A stretch of DNA of 64,000 nucleotides from Octopus vulgaris (taxonomy: Eukaryota). The position numbers were made by a program, and so were the translations under genes. Under the pieces are notes generated by a model. The model saw only the letters and a program-made list of their open reading frames with translations. It had not been told where the DNA came from and did not search any database. The DNA lies in contig OX597814.1 in NCBI GenBank assembly GCA_951406725.2, forward strand, positions 26,474,001-26,538,000, given 5' to 3'. This document shows positions 12,991 to 24,992 of the stretch, piece by piece (the stretch's first letter is position 1; every line of letters starts with the position of its first letter).

Positions 12991-13688
12991 CTAATTTCAA
13001 CTATTATTTCTATCTAGGATTAGCCTAAATAAAAACACATCATCATCATCATCATCTTTACAGTAGTTGGTAGTGAGAGAATAGATGGGCTGCATTATAA
13101 GTTCTTGCAGAACTTTAAAAGCTAACAGTAAAATGATTATTTCTCATGTTGAGTATTAAAAATTGAGCTCTTGAGCTTTGTGGATAAAATGTTACAGCAA
13201 TGAATAATGAAATAACATATTGATTCATACTTGTTGATGGAATAAAAATCAATTCAAAGAAACTTAATTTTCTATTTTTACATGAAAAAATTCTCTCAGG
13301 TGAAAACTAATCCTCCCCAAGGGAGAATGTAATTTAAAGGAACTCTTTTGACATCATCATTTCCTCCCATAGAATTCCAAGTGGATCAAAATTCAATTTA
13401 TTTTTTTATCCTTATTGCTTTGTTTGTTTGTTTTATTTTCATTTTCCAGTAAGAAGCTAAGGAAGATATTTATGAAATGATTAGATGATCAACTGAAATT
13501 GAATAATATATAATTTAAGTATAAATGTGAATATGATGCACTGCTTCTAATTTAATATTTTATGAACATAAGTTTATGAAAAAAAATTTTTATATCAGAA
13601 TTTCATAAAGAATATTTATTTAATATTTTTATTTTATTTAATCAAAGCAACTAGTTGTAAAATACATTTTCATGACAATAATAGTATT

Positions 13689-14565
13689 GGTCCCAAATTT
13701 TGGCACAGGGCAGCAATTTTTGAGGGGAGGGGAAGTTGAATACACTGATCTCAGTAGTTGACTAGTACATATTTTATCAACCCCAAAAGGATAAAAGTCA
13801 AAGTCAGCCTTGATGGAATTTGAACTTAGAACATAAAGAACAAAATGCTGATAAATATTTTGTCCTGCATGCTAATGATTCTGCCAGCCCACCACATTAA
13901 CAACAATGATAATAATAATAATCTCTTACAAAAATACAACCCATGAATTTAAGGGGTAGATAACAGTTTATTATAATTCTATAACATGACTAGTATTTCG
14001 TTTTATCAACCATGGAGGTATGAAAATCAAAATTGATCTCAGTGAGACTTGAACTCCAAACATAAAGAACCAGAATAAATAATGCTGGGTATATTGTCCA
14101 ACGGTTATGTAAAGAGACAGAACAAATACCAAATCTCCCAATCTATTTGCTTAACAGCAACAATGATAAAAATTGTTTTAAATTTTGGCACAAGGCCACA
14201 AGACCAACAATATTATGGAGAGAGTGTTAGTCAATTATATTGACACAAATACTTAGCTGGTTCTATGTTTTATTAACATCAAAGGCTGAAAGACAAAGTT
14301 GACCTCAGCAGTATTCAAACGCAACATAAAAATGCTGGTAAGCATTTTGTCCAACATGCTAACAATTTTACCAGCTCACAACAACAACAACAACAACAAT
14401 AATTCTTTCTCCTATAGGTACAAGGCCTGAAATTATGGGGTAGGGGGTTAGTCAATTTCATTGATTGCAGTGCTCAACTGGTACCCATTTCATCAACCAT
14501 GAAAGGTAAAGTCAACCTCAGCAGAATTTGAACTCAAAACATAAAATGGGCTAACAATTCTGCCT
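13689..14565 (-). mobile_element. Array of four head-to-tail Meta/MESC-domain SINEs separated by (AAT)/(AAC) tracts
   Basis: Repeated blocks at ~13689-13897, 13920-14160, 14175-14380 and 14401-14565, each with AAAGTCAACCTC..ATTTGAACTCAGAACATAAA-like sequence on the plus strand. Confidence 0.8.
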
Positions 14566-14919
14566 TAATAATGATTATAATAACAATAATAGATAACAAT
14601 GTATGAAGATCGATGTAACCCTCAGTAAAGGTAAATAAGCACTAAGAAGAGCATGATACAATTTGTAATAAACAGAGATTGACTCTATTTATTGAAATGA
14701 ATAATATTTCAACATATTGTCAGTAGCAAGGATGAGGATGATGAGGTAGTTTTTAAAACAAAAGAATAATAGTGTAACTATTAAAATATAGAGTTTTAAC
14801 CCTTTCCAGACGAATAGAGAACTCAAACCATGTTGCCAAGAAAACCATCTTCAAAAGAGAGAAGAAACTTTTAAAAAACAAAAGCAATATTAAATTATTA
14901 TGAGAATTTAAGTATCTCT

Positions 14920-14980
14920 AATCATCATCATCATCCTCATTTAACGTCCGTTTTCCATGCTGGTATGGGTTGGACAGGAG
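14920..14980 (-). mobile_element. 3' end fragment of V-domain SINE with (GAT)n tail
   Basis: (CAT)n-TTTAACGTCCGTTTTCCATGCTGGTATGGGTTGGAC, matching the 45968-46340 copy. Confidence 0.8.
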
Positions 14981-17018
14981 CCAGTAAAACATAAAAATCT
15001 TGCACTTAAGGACTTTTACTCATTCTGATTGGTTGCATTTGTGTGTGGAGGGGGGGGGGCTAGGCCCAACATGAATATTTCTAAGAGATGAATATATAGA
15101 ACACTAAAAAAGAAATATATATCTGTATCCATAAACCCCCTCAGGACATCCCATTTTTCTCCAAAGAAGCAACTGAATGCAGCACTAAAATCTAATGAAT
15201 GACTGGTCAGTTCTACTATACTGCAACTTTTTGGTTGTAATTCAGGCAGCTGGACCACAACCAAAGCTGTAGCACAACTTTCTCTCCCTTCCTCTCTTTC
15301 AGATTGAGAGTAAGAGTTCAAACCATTAGATTCTTAACTTCATACTGCAATCAAACTTATCAAACTCTTCTATGAATTCACCTATGAATGCAGGCCACTA
15401 ATGCAGGCCATCATCCTTTATCTTGAATTCTGGGTTTTATATTATTCCTTTGAAAGTTAGTTGCCTTTGCTAGGGATATCCTGTGGTGACTGTGGTGACA
15501 GGACATAAACTGTTGGCCTTTCAGTTAGTTAGCTATTACATGTTCACACAGCCAGAAACACTCTTGGAAGGATGTAGTCATTTTGAAATGAACCTTGTAT
15601 ATTTTAGTTCTTATTTTATGAATTTTGTTTTCTGAAAAGTCAATCTCAGAAAGGTTTAATATCAAACCAATGAGGTACCTAAGTAAGTAGAATAGATATT
15701 TTCTATAGAGTTCTTCAGTTATGTTCATCACTATCAAAGAACAGTTAAAATAAAAATAGATGATTTTTGTCTAGCATGAAGCCTATTTTTGCGTTGGCTC
15801 TAATATTCTTGGCATTTTTTGATATTTTCCTTCCTACAAAACTAGTGAGAGAATGGGAGGAATTTATCATCAGACCTAAGACCTGATCTGAATTCTTGCA
15901 ACAGAGTGGATTCTAATAAATGGGCAGATGGTGATGTTAAACTGGGTAACAGATTATGTCAACCAGCCGTGAACAAGAACAATCCATTTAAATGGCTTTC
16001 AATCAAGCAATGGTAGAAAGTACCAAATCATGACATCAAACCTGAAATCATGCATTTGTAAACAAACTTCTGTGCCGCACTGCCATGACTATACCAATTT
16101 TTTTAATGAATTTTTATACAATTATAAGACAAAAATTATTCCAATTCAAATTCTTTTATCACTTGTATGCAGTAGCTTAGCATTATCAATAAAGCAAACT
16201 TACAGTATTTAAATTTTCTTTCTCTGGCATTTGAGTTCCCACAAAACTGAAACCCCGGCATATACTGGAATTGAGTTTGTTAAGTAAACCTTTACTTCTG
16301 AAAAAATTGTCAACCTTGTATCAGTATTAGAAATACTTACTTGACTTTAGAATCAGGAAGGTTGGAACTAAATATTGCCATACATTTTCTTTTTTGTCAT
16401 GCTCTGCATTCCTCACCAACTCAACTAACCTAATATTTCAAGAATACTATTTACAGAACACTTTGTTCATTGAAAGCAAAAAGGTTTCTGAATAAATGCT
16501 AATATTCTTTACAGCTTAGGAATAGGAGATTCATCCTTATATTTACTCTTTTGCTGCTTTCAGCCATTAGGCTTTTTTTTTTACCATACACCATATTATA
16601 TTCCCATTCACTTTTTGTTTTGTCTTGTTTTTTGTGGTGTTTCACTTTTTATATTCTCTCTTTTGTTTGGAGGTGCAGACATATTCGCTTTGTTAGTTGA
16701 CCTTTTTTTGTGAATAGAATTTCCCAACAGTGTTGGAGCTGTCCATGTTTTAGTTGTGAGGGGTCAAGTTTAAGAACCCCTCCTCCAGCAGATGTGATTC
16801 ATGAACAACAAACTACGACATAATTTATGGATGACACACCAGAATGTTCTGTCACCCTGCATTCCAACAATGACCCAATACATCAGCTGTACATATATGT
16901 TTACAAGTGTTTGTGATGGGTGCTGTGTGTATTATTTGTGCATACATCCATGGCTTTGATATTTATATGTGCTTGTGGTGTGTGTGTGTGTGTGAGAATG
17001 CATATGCACAGACACATG

Positions 17019-17051
<33 letters not shown>

Positions 17052-17508
17052 TAACACACATCCCCAAAAACATTTACACTGGCTTTCATGCCACATATAT
17101 GCATGTATGTTATATATCTATATATGCAGCAAAGGGGAGTATGAATACCTTCATGTAGACTCATCCTTTAATCTCTCTTTCTCACATATATGCATACATG
17201 TGTACACTTCAGAGTGTGGTGTCACGTAATATCCAGACATTATGTGTCTATGTCATGCAAAGGTATGTATGAGTAAAATATTGAATAGAAGTATACATTG
17301 ATTTACATATACTTACACTTTATACATATGACATACAAGGGAGTATGCATTGTGTCATATACATATATAAACATTGTATGTGTACATGGCAAGCCAAAAC
17401 TGTGCAGTAGCATCTAAACATACACACTTGTATGCTAAATCAATATATGTATGTGGTTGTATGTGAATGGTTTTATACACACATAGACACACACACACAC
17501 ACACTTGT

Positions 17509-17540
<32 letters not shown>

Positions 17541-18255
17541 ACATTCTTTCACATACACAAATATTGATTTATCATATCAGTGTATGTGTGATGTCATGCA
17601 AAACCACACACATACACACTCACACACACGTGAACATGCACAAATGCATGCAGAAAGACACCCTTGCATTCAGCAAACATGACATATCAGTTTATGTGTA
17701 GCATCAGGTATGCACATACACACATGCATGCACAGGCGCACACACACACACACACACACACACGTGCATGATCACACATGGAAATATGTATGTACATACA
17801 CACAAACAGGCGTAAATACACACACACACATATAACACCATTTGATATTTATGAGATTATAGACATGCAAAAGTATGCATGTTTATATTATATTAATCAA
17901 TACAAATAGCACGAATCAAATTCCAATGGATGCTGGCAGTCCTCTTGATCATTGGTTGGGGAATAGGGAAGGGGTGAGAGGTGGCTGCCGATAGTGGCAG
18001 GGGTGGGGCTGATAATGTAAGGGACAAGGGAGGGAAGAAAATAAGGGTCAATGCCAGCTACAGTCATTGTCTCTATACTGTCAGCTCTACAGGAAGAATT
18101 CTTTCTGATCAAGTTCCCATGACAGTATCAGAATGATGTCATAACATTTCTCTTTGTTTCCATTTAAACATTTTTCTCATTTCATTAGGATTCATTTCAC
18201 CACACAGAGGTCAGTCATTGATTGATGTGCTACACAACTGAATGCTTCTGCACAT

Positions 18256-18310
<55 letters not shown>

Positions 18311-19876
18311 GTGCATGTGTGTGTGTACACACATGCATACATGTGTGTGTGTATTTATATATATATATATGTATGCATATGTGTATATATATATATATAT
18401 ATGCATGTGCTTCATTTCTCAGTGCTTCTGTTGATGTGCCTTCTGCATTCTATCATGGTTCCCATATCATCAGGAATCCCGATGTTCCTCCCCATTCTTA
18501 GCTTGCTTTTATATTTTGCCCCCTATGCACGTGTGTCTGTTTGTGTGCACCACACTTACACATCCTAGCATGTATATGCCCTAACATATATACATACAAA
18601 TATGTCTGCGTCCTTGTATGTGACTTTATATGCATACAGACAGCCTTGCATACATTCCAGCACTATTACGCTTTTCATCTTTTCTTCTTCTGTCCTCATC
18701 CTCTGTCTTTCTATTCTTCTTCCCTCCTCTCTCTCTCTTTCTTTCTCCCCTCTCTCTCACTCTCCATATCCTGTCTCTCTCCCCATATTCTTTTTGCCAT
18801 CAAATTGTGAGGGTGGGAGAAATATTGCTTTCAGTGACAGCAATCATGACTGCTAACAAAAAACAGTCAAACAATGCACGTGATCAATGGTGATAATGAA
18901 CAAACAGCCACCGACCAAGCACTTAAAAGCAATATTCAACATTGTTAGCATTTTGCCATCTTGTTGTTTCATCTTGCATTTTTCATCTCCACAAGTTTCA
19001 TTGTATTTTGTATATTTGTTTTCCAAGAATATGTTTTGTATTGCTTTTTTTTTTTACTTGTTTGTGATTTTATTTCTGTTGCTTTTGTAGTTGTTGTTTT
19101 GTTTGTTTGTTGTTGTTGTTGTTGTTACCCTTAATCGAATTCTTTATCTTTCTCACACTTCCAAACTATATTGCTTTCATTCCACCATTTGCTGCATGCC
19201 TGGAATTCCGACCAAAAGACACTTGTCCGCTTTAGCTTCCTAACTTTTCTGCCTTAACAACTCTGAATCCCATAAATTTATTCTTAAAATATAATGAATG
19301 AATGAATGAATGAATAAATAAATAAATAAATAAACAAGTGCCTTTATTGGTATGGGGGAGGAGGAAATATATCTTTGAAGTGGTGAGTAGTGGTGGTGGT
19401 GGTGTCAGTAGGGAAGGACTTGCAGAGAGGAAAAATTGGAATGGAAAGGGGGTTGTCTTATTTACCCAATCCCTCAATTTTAATGACTTCAGTATCCATT
19501 CAGTATCTCCTTTTCTCCCTCCTTATCTATCTACCTCCCACCAAGCAAATAACTTAAAGCTTGTTAAATAATGAAAATATATGGAAAATATATGGACGCG
19601 TTTCAATGTTGATTTACTACTGATGATTTTGAAAGAGGGGAGGGCAAAGACATGTTTCCTTTTTATTTTCTTGATATTTGCTTTATTTATCATACAGGTC
19701 TCATTTTTGGGGAATGACATCATCTTCATCATATTTACTATCATACATTCCACCACCAGCCAACCAACTAACCAACTGCCATCCATCAATTATGATTACC
19801 ACTGTCCTTCAAGTCAAATAGGGAGACTCAAAAGCCAGTCAGAAAGTCTCCCAAGCCAACAAAGAAATTCCTAAAG

Positions 19877-20172
19877 TAGTGGTTTCCATAATTTCTCCAA
19901 CCTCATTCCCCTATCACCCTATACTTAAGATATGCAACAACCTTATTGACACTTTTTATGTAAGGTCTGTTATTTAAATTTAAAACCTTCTGACACCTCT
20001 CACTACTGTCTTTAATAAGCTGGGGTGTCATGACACCCTGATGGGAATCTACTGCTTTACATGGGCACTGAAGGGTACCACAACATTCTGATTAAAAACC
20101 ACTGCTCTACATAGATACCCTAGGGTGTCATGACATCCAAGGGTGTCATGACAACCCAGTTGGAAACCACTA
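19877..20172. mobile_element. hAT-type MITE with triplicated right end
   Basis: Left end TAGTGGTTTCCA. Three right-end units resembling GGGTGTCATGAC..GGAAACCACT end at ~20054, 20104 and 20172, each followed by CTYTACAT. Confidence 0.6.
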
Positions 20173-20591
20173 CTTTACATGGCTACTTAAAATGCTAGAA
20201 ATAGTGGGCAAGCCTTCTTCAATCCTTATCCACATATATCCCTATGCAACTATAGCTTGAATGTTATTGAAACTAAATTTTCTCAATCAGGTCTGACTTA
20301 GAGCTAAACAATAACAACAGCCATACTCCATGCTCCTTAGTTAAAATCTAATTCAGACAGCCATTCAGTTGAATAAAACCTTAGCTACAATCACTTTGGT
20401 ATGGATGGTATCTTAGGTACTACTGGTATGTAGTTTAGACTGAAAATAATATATTTCATCCATCAAAGGTGTGTGTGTGTGTGTGTGTACATATGTACGT
20501 GTGTATATATACACGTACATATGCCAGAGGCTAGATTTATGGTAATGTTTATATGCATCTCACCTGCTGACTCTCTCTCTCTTTCCATATT

Positions 20592-20626
<35 letters not shown>

Positions 20627-20677
20627 TGTGTGGACAAATGAAAGAAAAGGACACTCAACACATTTAGTGGGAGTCAC

Positions 20678-20877
20678 ATGTATTATTTAAAACAGATCCA
20701 AACACATGTGACTTAAAGTTTCGTAGGCCTCTAACAGAAACCCACCTCTTTCAGGCAATAGTTTACTAGACCATCTGGTTCTGGTAATCCATAGCCCTGA
20801 AAGAGATGTACTTCTGTTAGAGGCTTGTGAAACTTAAAGTCACATGCAACTGGATCAGACTGTTTTAAATAACACAT
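20678..20877. repeat. Inverted repeat (arms ~20678-20755 and ~20796-20877) with a variant hammerhead-like motif in each arm
   Basis: CATGTGACTTAAAGTTTCGTAGGCCTCTAACAGAA..CTCTTTCAGG is the reverse complement of CCTGAAAGAG..TTCTGTTAGAGGCTTGTGAAACTTAAAGTCACATG. Confidence 0.85.
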
Positions 20878-20902
20878 ACACACATATATATATATAAAGT
20901 AA

Positions 20903-21215
20903 AAAGACCCCCTTCAGTCATGAATAACCACGGGATTACACTTAGAAAGTTCTCCTTTGGGGCACAAGTCCAGGCAAGTTTGTTTGTGGAAGACCAGCAG
21001 TCACCCATGCATACTAGCCTCTCTCCTGCACACCATTGATGTTGCCCAAAGGAAAAGCAATGGCTGATACAGACAGTGCACCTCGTTTCTGGAGTGAACT
21101 GGAGCAATGTGAAAGTGTCTTATTCATGAATACAACACAGAGCCCAGTCTAGGAATCAAAGTCACAACCTCACAACAGTAAGACTGACACTTTAACCACT
21201 GAGCCATGTGCCTTC
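20903..21215 (-). mobile_element. tRNA-derived SINE, second family
   Basis: Minus strand starts GAAGGCACATGGCTCAGTGGTTAAAGTGTC (A box), then TGAGGTTGTGACTTTGATTCCT (decayed B box) and AAGACACTTTCACATTGCTCCAG. Confidence 0.8.
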
Positions 21216-21254
21216 ACACAATCACACACATATAAATGTGCATACACACATACA

Positions 21255-21400
21255 ACAGGCTTCTTACTGTTTCTGCTTATCAGATCCACTCACAAAGCTT
21301 TAATTGAAGCAATAGTAAAACACAGTTGCCCAAAGTGCCATCCTGTATGACTGAACTGGGAACCATACATTTGGTAAAAGAATTTCTTAATTGTACAGCC
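21255..21400 (-). mobile_element. OR-like SINE fragment
   Basis: Minus strand: GGTTCCCAGTTCAGTC..GGCACTTTGGGCAACTGTG..AAAGCTTTGTGAGTGGATCTG. Confidence 0.7.
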
Positions 21401-21429
21401 TAATACGCACACTGTACAGCCTAACACAC

Positions 21430-21474
<45 letters not shown>

Positions 21475-22088
21475 CACACACACACTCTCACACACACACT
21501 CTCACACACACACTCTCACACACACACACATAAAACAAAAAATGCATATAGTTTAAACCATGCTAACGCATTTTGGAATGCCTAGTTTTACATCACTTAC
21601 TCATCTCCTCACTTTTGTGTGTGTGTGTGTACATGCAAAAATACTTATATATATTCAGAGTAAAATAGATGGTATGGAGATGGTGCATTTTAGCAAAACG
21701 TTGTCATTGTACATTTTTCTATAAAGATAGAGAAATGATGTAATGGAACGAGTACTCAGTCAAAATTTGTGGTGATTGCATTAATGCAAGAAGGCATATA
21801 CAAAAATATGTGCACTTGTGTGCAAATATAATGTATACATATATATGCATATCCAAAATATATGCATGTATATATCTATATGTATAAAACAATACAAAAT
21901 AACAACCATACAAGGGTTCCTTCAAGTTTCTTACATGTGTGTATGTGTGTGTGTGTGTATGGCTTAGAAGTAAATAACAATTATAGTATGAACAAATTTA
22001 TACAGTTCTACATATCTTTCTCTGAGGAAGATATGTAGTATTGTATAGATGTAGGCCTCATTATACAAATGTATAATTTTATGTTCAT

Positions 22089-22120
<32 letters not shown>

Positions 22121-23814
22121 ACACATGTATATACATATGTGCATGTGTTTGCGTGTGTAAGGAATCTTGTGTGCATAAAAATGTATGAATAAAACTGTAT
22201 TTGCATGTGTATGTATGAAAGTGTGAGGAAATCGCACATATACTGTCAATACAGTCTAGTTTCACAGCATGTCATAGCATTCCTTTTGCTGGCAACCATC
22301 AAAAGATCTTTCATAAGTCAAACATGAATGTAGTAGCTGCTGGTCATTTTACATTGTTCTGAATCTTCTTTTATGATGAGTCATTGCTTTCTAATCTTCA
22401 GCAAATGATTAAAAAACATTTATTGCTACCTCTAAGCAAGTAATGCGAATTTTACATAAAAACATTTCATATGAGCACACATATATGCTTATAGAGGCAT
22501 ATCCATATTCGCATACATACACGTTATATATGTCGATGTGTGTGTGTGTGTGCATTTATACTAATGCAGGTGTTGCGTGTGTGTGAGTACATGTGTGTGT
22601 GTGTGTGTGAGTACATGTGCATGTATGTGTTCGTGTGTGTGAGTACATGTGCGTGTATGTGTTCATGTGTGTGCGTGTAAGTGTGAGGACGCATTATTTT
22701 CATTTTTATATGTTCTATACTTCTTGTTTTCTTTTATTTTCTGTTTTTGCATTCTGATTATTTTTAGTTGGATGATATTTTTTTCATTTGTGAATGTGTG
22801 TGTGTGTTTCATTATTATTATTATTATGATTATTATTATTTTCCTGTGAAGAAGCAAGTCAATGAAGATTTTTAAAATCCCGCCTCTAAATAATGCTTAT
22901 TCCTTAATAATTTCTTAGGGCTATCCAAATGGTGTTTGAAGGAACAATTCTCACAAACAAACTATTAATCAAATAAAGACATGCAGATAGAAAACTACAG
23001 TAATGTAAAGTAAATAATAAGAATTTTGAAGCTATCCTCAACTTGAAGCTATATATATCAGCAGTAGAAGCACTAGCTGCTCTGAGCTGAAGGCTATGAC
23101 ACACTATTAGGAGCAGCTGAGTGACTCAAGTCTCTCCTCTAGAAGATGAAAGCATATTTGTCTTTTTTTTTCATTGGAGTTGCTATGGATTAGTTTTATT
23201 GGAGAATTCTTTGGAGAATGCACAAAATGCTAAAAATTGATGTTAAATTAGTGCCCTTTCTCTCCCTTTAAGAATTCTCTAATACCATACTAATTAAGCA
23301 ATTACTTCTCCTATAGTAATTTTATAGATTCCCTTCCCCAATGAGTTTATGAGTAAAATATCTGTTGGGGAAAATCTATTTAATGGGTCTCTATCCGTAT
23401 ACATCTACATTTATACCTATTAATCCCTTTTATCTTTATTGCTTTCAGACACAGAGGAAGAACCACACACACTCACACACACAGGCCATATATGAAATCT
23501 AATTTAAGCTTGAGCTATGAAATCCATCATTTCACTTTTGCCATTACTTCACTCCCTACTCACCACCAATTTCCACTTTACCCCTCCTAAGTTATTTCCC
23601 ATCCTTATCAAGCACCTTAAAACTACAATATTTTCAACATTTACAAGTTCACTGTTTCCATCATTGTGAATTAAGATGCCCTAAACTCAAATCTACCACT
23701 CTTTACTATTTTCAAATGTAAAGTTAAAATAATTTCTTGAACTATCAATAACTCATTTTATGAAAACTGATTTTAACCTGAAATACTTCTTCAGATCATA
23801 TTACTTATTCTTTG

Positions 23815-23955
23815 AGCTGTGTGAAGAACTTTATTTTGCAATTATGTGGCTCTTGATTTAATTTCAGTGCACAATACCTTCTAGTATAGCCTCAAGTTGA
23901 CCAATACTTTGCTAATGGAATTTAGTAGGTGGAAATCGTGCAGAATTTTGTTATA
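23815..23955 (+). mobile_element. Degenerate OR-like SINE
   Basis: GCTGTGTGAAGAAC..CTTCTAGTATAGCCTCAAGTTGACCAA..GAATTTAGTAGGTGGAAATC. Confidence 0.6.
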
Positions 23956-24578
23956 TATATTTGTGTGTGTGTGCATGTGTGCGCACACACCCTTCAGGTC
24001 AGGAAACATAATAAAGACTGTTTTTTCCAAATGAATTCCTGTACCATATTTCTTTGTCACTGATTACTTACTCCCTTGCCGCTCTTCATAAGAAATGGAC
24101 ACCCAGTGTTTGGTCATTGAAAATTTGTAACCAATAATACTACTGTTCAGTAATTTCTATATAAAATAACAACAGATGAATGGTCCATTGTTTATCTACT
24201 TATTTAAATGAGATGTTTTTGCTGTTTTATCTCAATACTGAAACAAAGGTGAATATATTTGCCACAAGTTGAGCCAAATGGGTCTTGCCATGTTTTATTC
24301 CTTGCTCGAGAATAAACTAACTGGCTAATTGTAAGAGATAAACTTTTGATGATGGTGATAGTAGTTCATCACTTTATACTCACAACTATTGTGCCTTTTA
24401 ATGATTAAAAGGGGAAATTCAGAGAAATTTTTCAAAATCATAGTTACTAATGCTGTAAAGTATTCTGAAACTATAATTAATTTCATGTACAGACTGTAAC
24501 TGTATGATAACATTACTGTATGATCACTTTTTTATCATTAGAATGCTCACAGAATAATTATGGCAGAGAAATATTAGC

Positions 24579-24739
24579 CATTCAAAAACATACATATATG
24601 TTTATTATTTGGTGTCAAAAGTTTCATCACAACACAGTGGTATTATGACAGAGACCATGTTGCAGTTGGTTGCAATGAATATTTTGACACCAAATAATAA
24701 ACGACTAAGTGAAGTTAAGTATTTATATGTTTTTGAATG
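24579..24739. repeat. Short inverted repeat
   Basis: CATTCAAAAACATA..GTTTATTATTTGGTGTCAAAA pairs with TTTTGACACCAAATAATAAAC..TATGTTTTTGAATG. Confidence 0.8.
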
Positions 24740-24847
24740 TACCTATTCATATTAATAGAAACATAACCTAGAACTGGTATCCCAGTTGTATTTAGAACCA
24801 CAGAGACACTTGTTCATGAAGGAATGTAGTACATCAGATACATAGAT

Positions 24848-24992
24848 GTAGGCATGACTGTGTGGTTAAGAAGTTTGCTTTAAAACAATGTAGTTTCAGA
24901 TTTGAGCAAGTGGAAAAGTGTCTTCTAGAACAGTCATAGGTCAGCCAAAGTTTGTGTAAAATGTGGTGGGTGTCAACAGTGTATGGAAGCCT
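24848..24992 (+). mobile_element. Degenerate OR-like SINE
   Basis: GTAGGCATGACTGTGTGGTTAAGAAGTTTGC..AAGTGTCTTCTA..GGAAGCC. Confidence 0.65.

Noticed and set aside
13689-14565. Regularly spaced repeats that might suggest a CRISPR-like array
   Set aside because: The units are ~200-bp diverged SINE copies in eukaryotic DNA, with no identical short repeats, unique spacers or cas genes.
15030-15990. Possible old LINE remnant
   Set aside because: The composition is suggestive, but I could not identify any RT or endonuclease motif by eye.
17897-18112. 71-aa Pro-rich minus-strand ORF
   Set aside because: It starts at a non-ATG codon, has a stop just upstream, and shows no good acceptor or recognisable domain.
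18450-18480. Minus-strand CTGATGA-TATGG-gaa-CCATG
   Set aside because: It is followed by ATAGAA rather than GAAA, and stems I and III are absent.
21140-21215. tRNA-like A/B boxes
   Set aside because: These are SINE heads; no intact cloverleaf forms.
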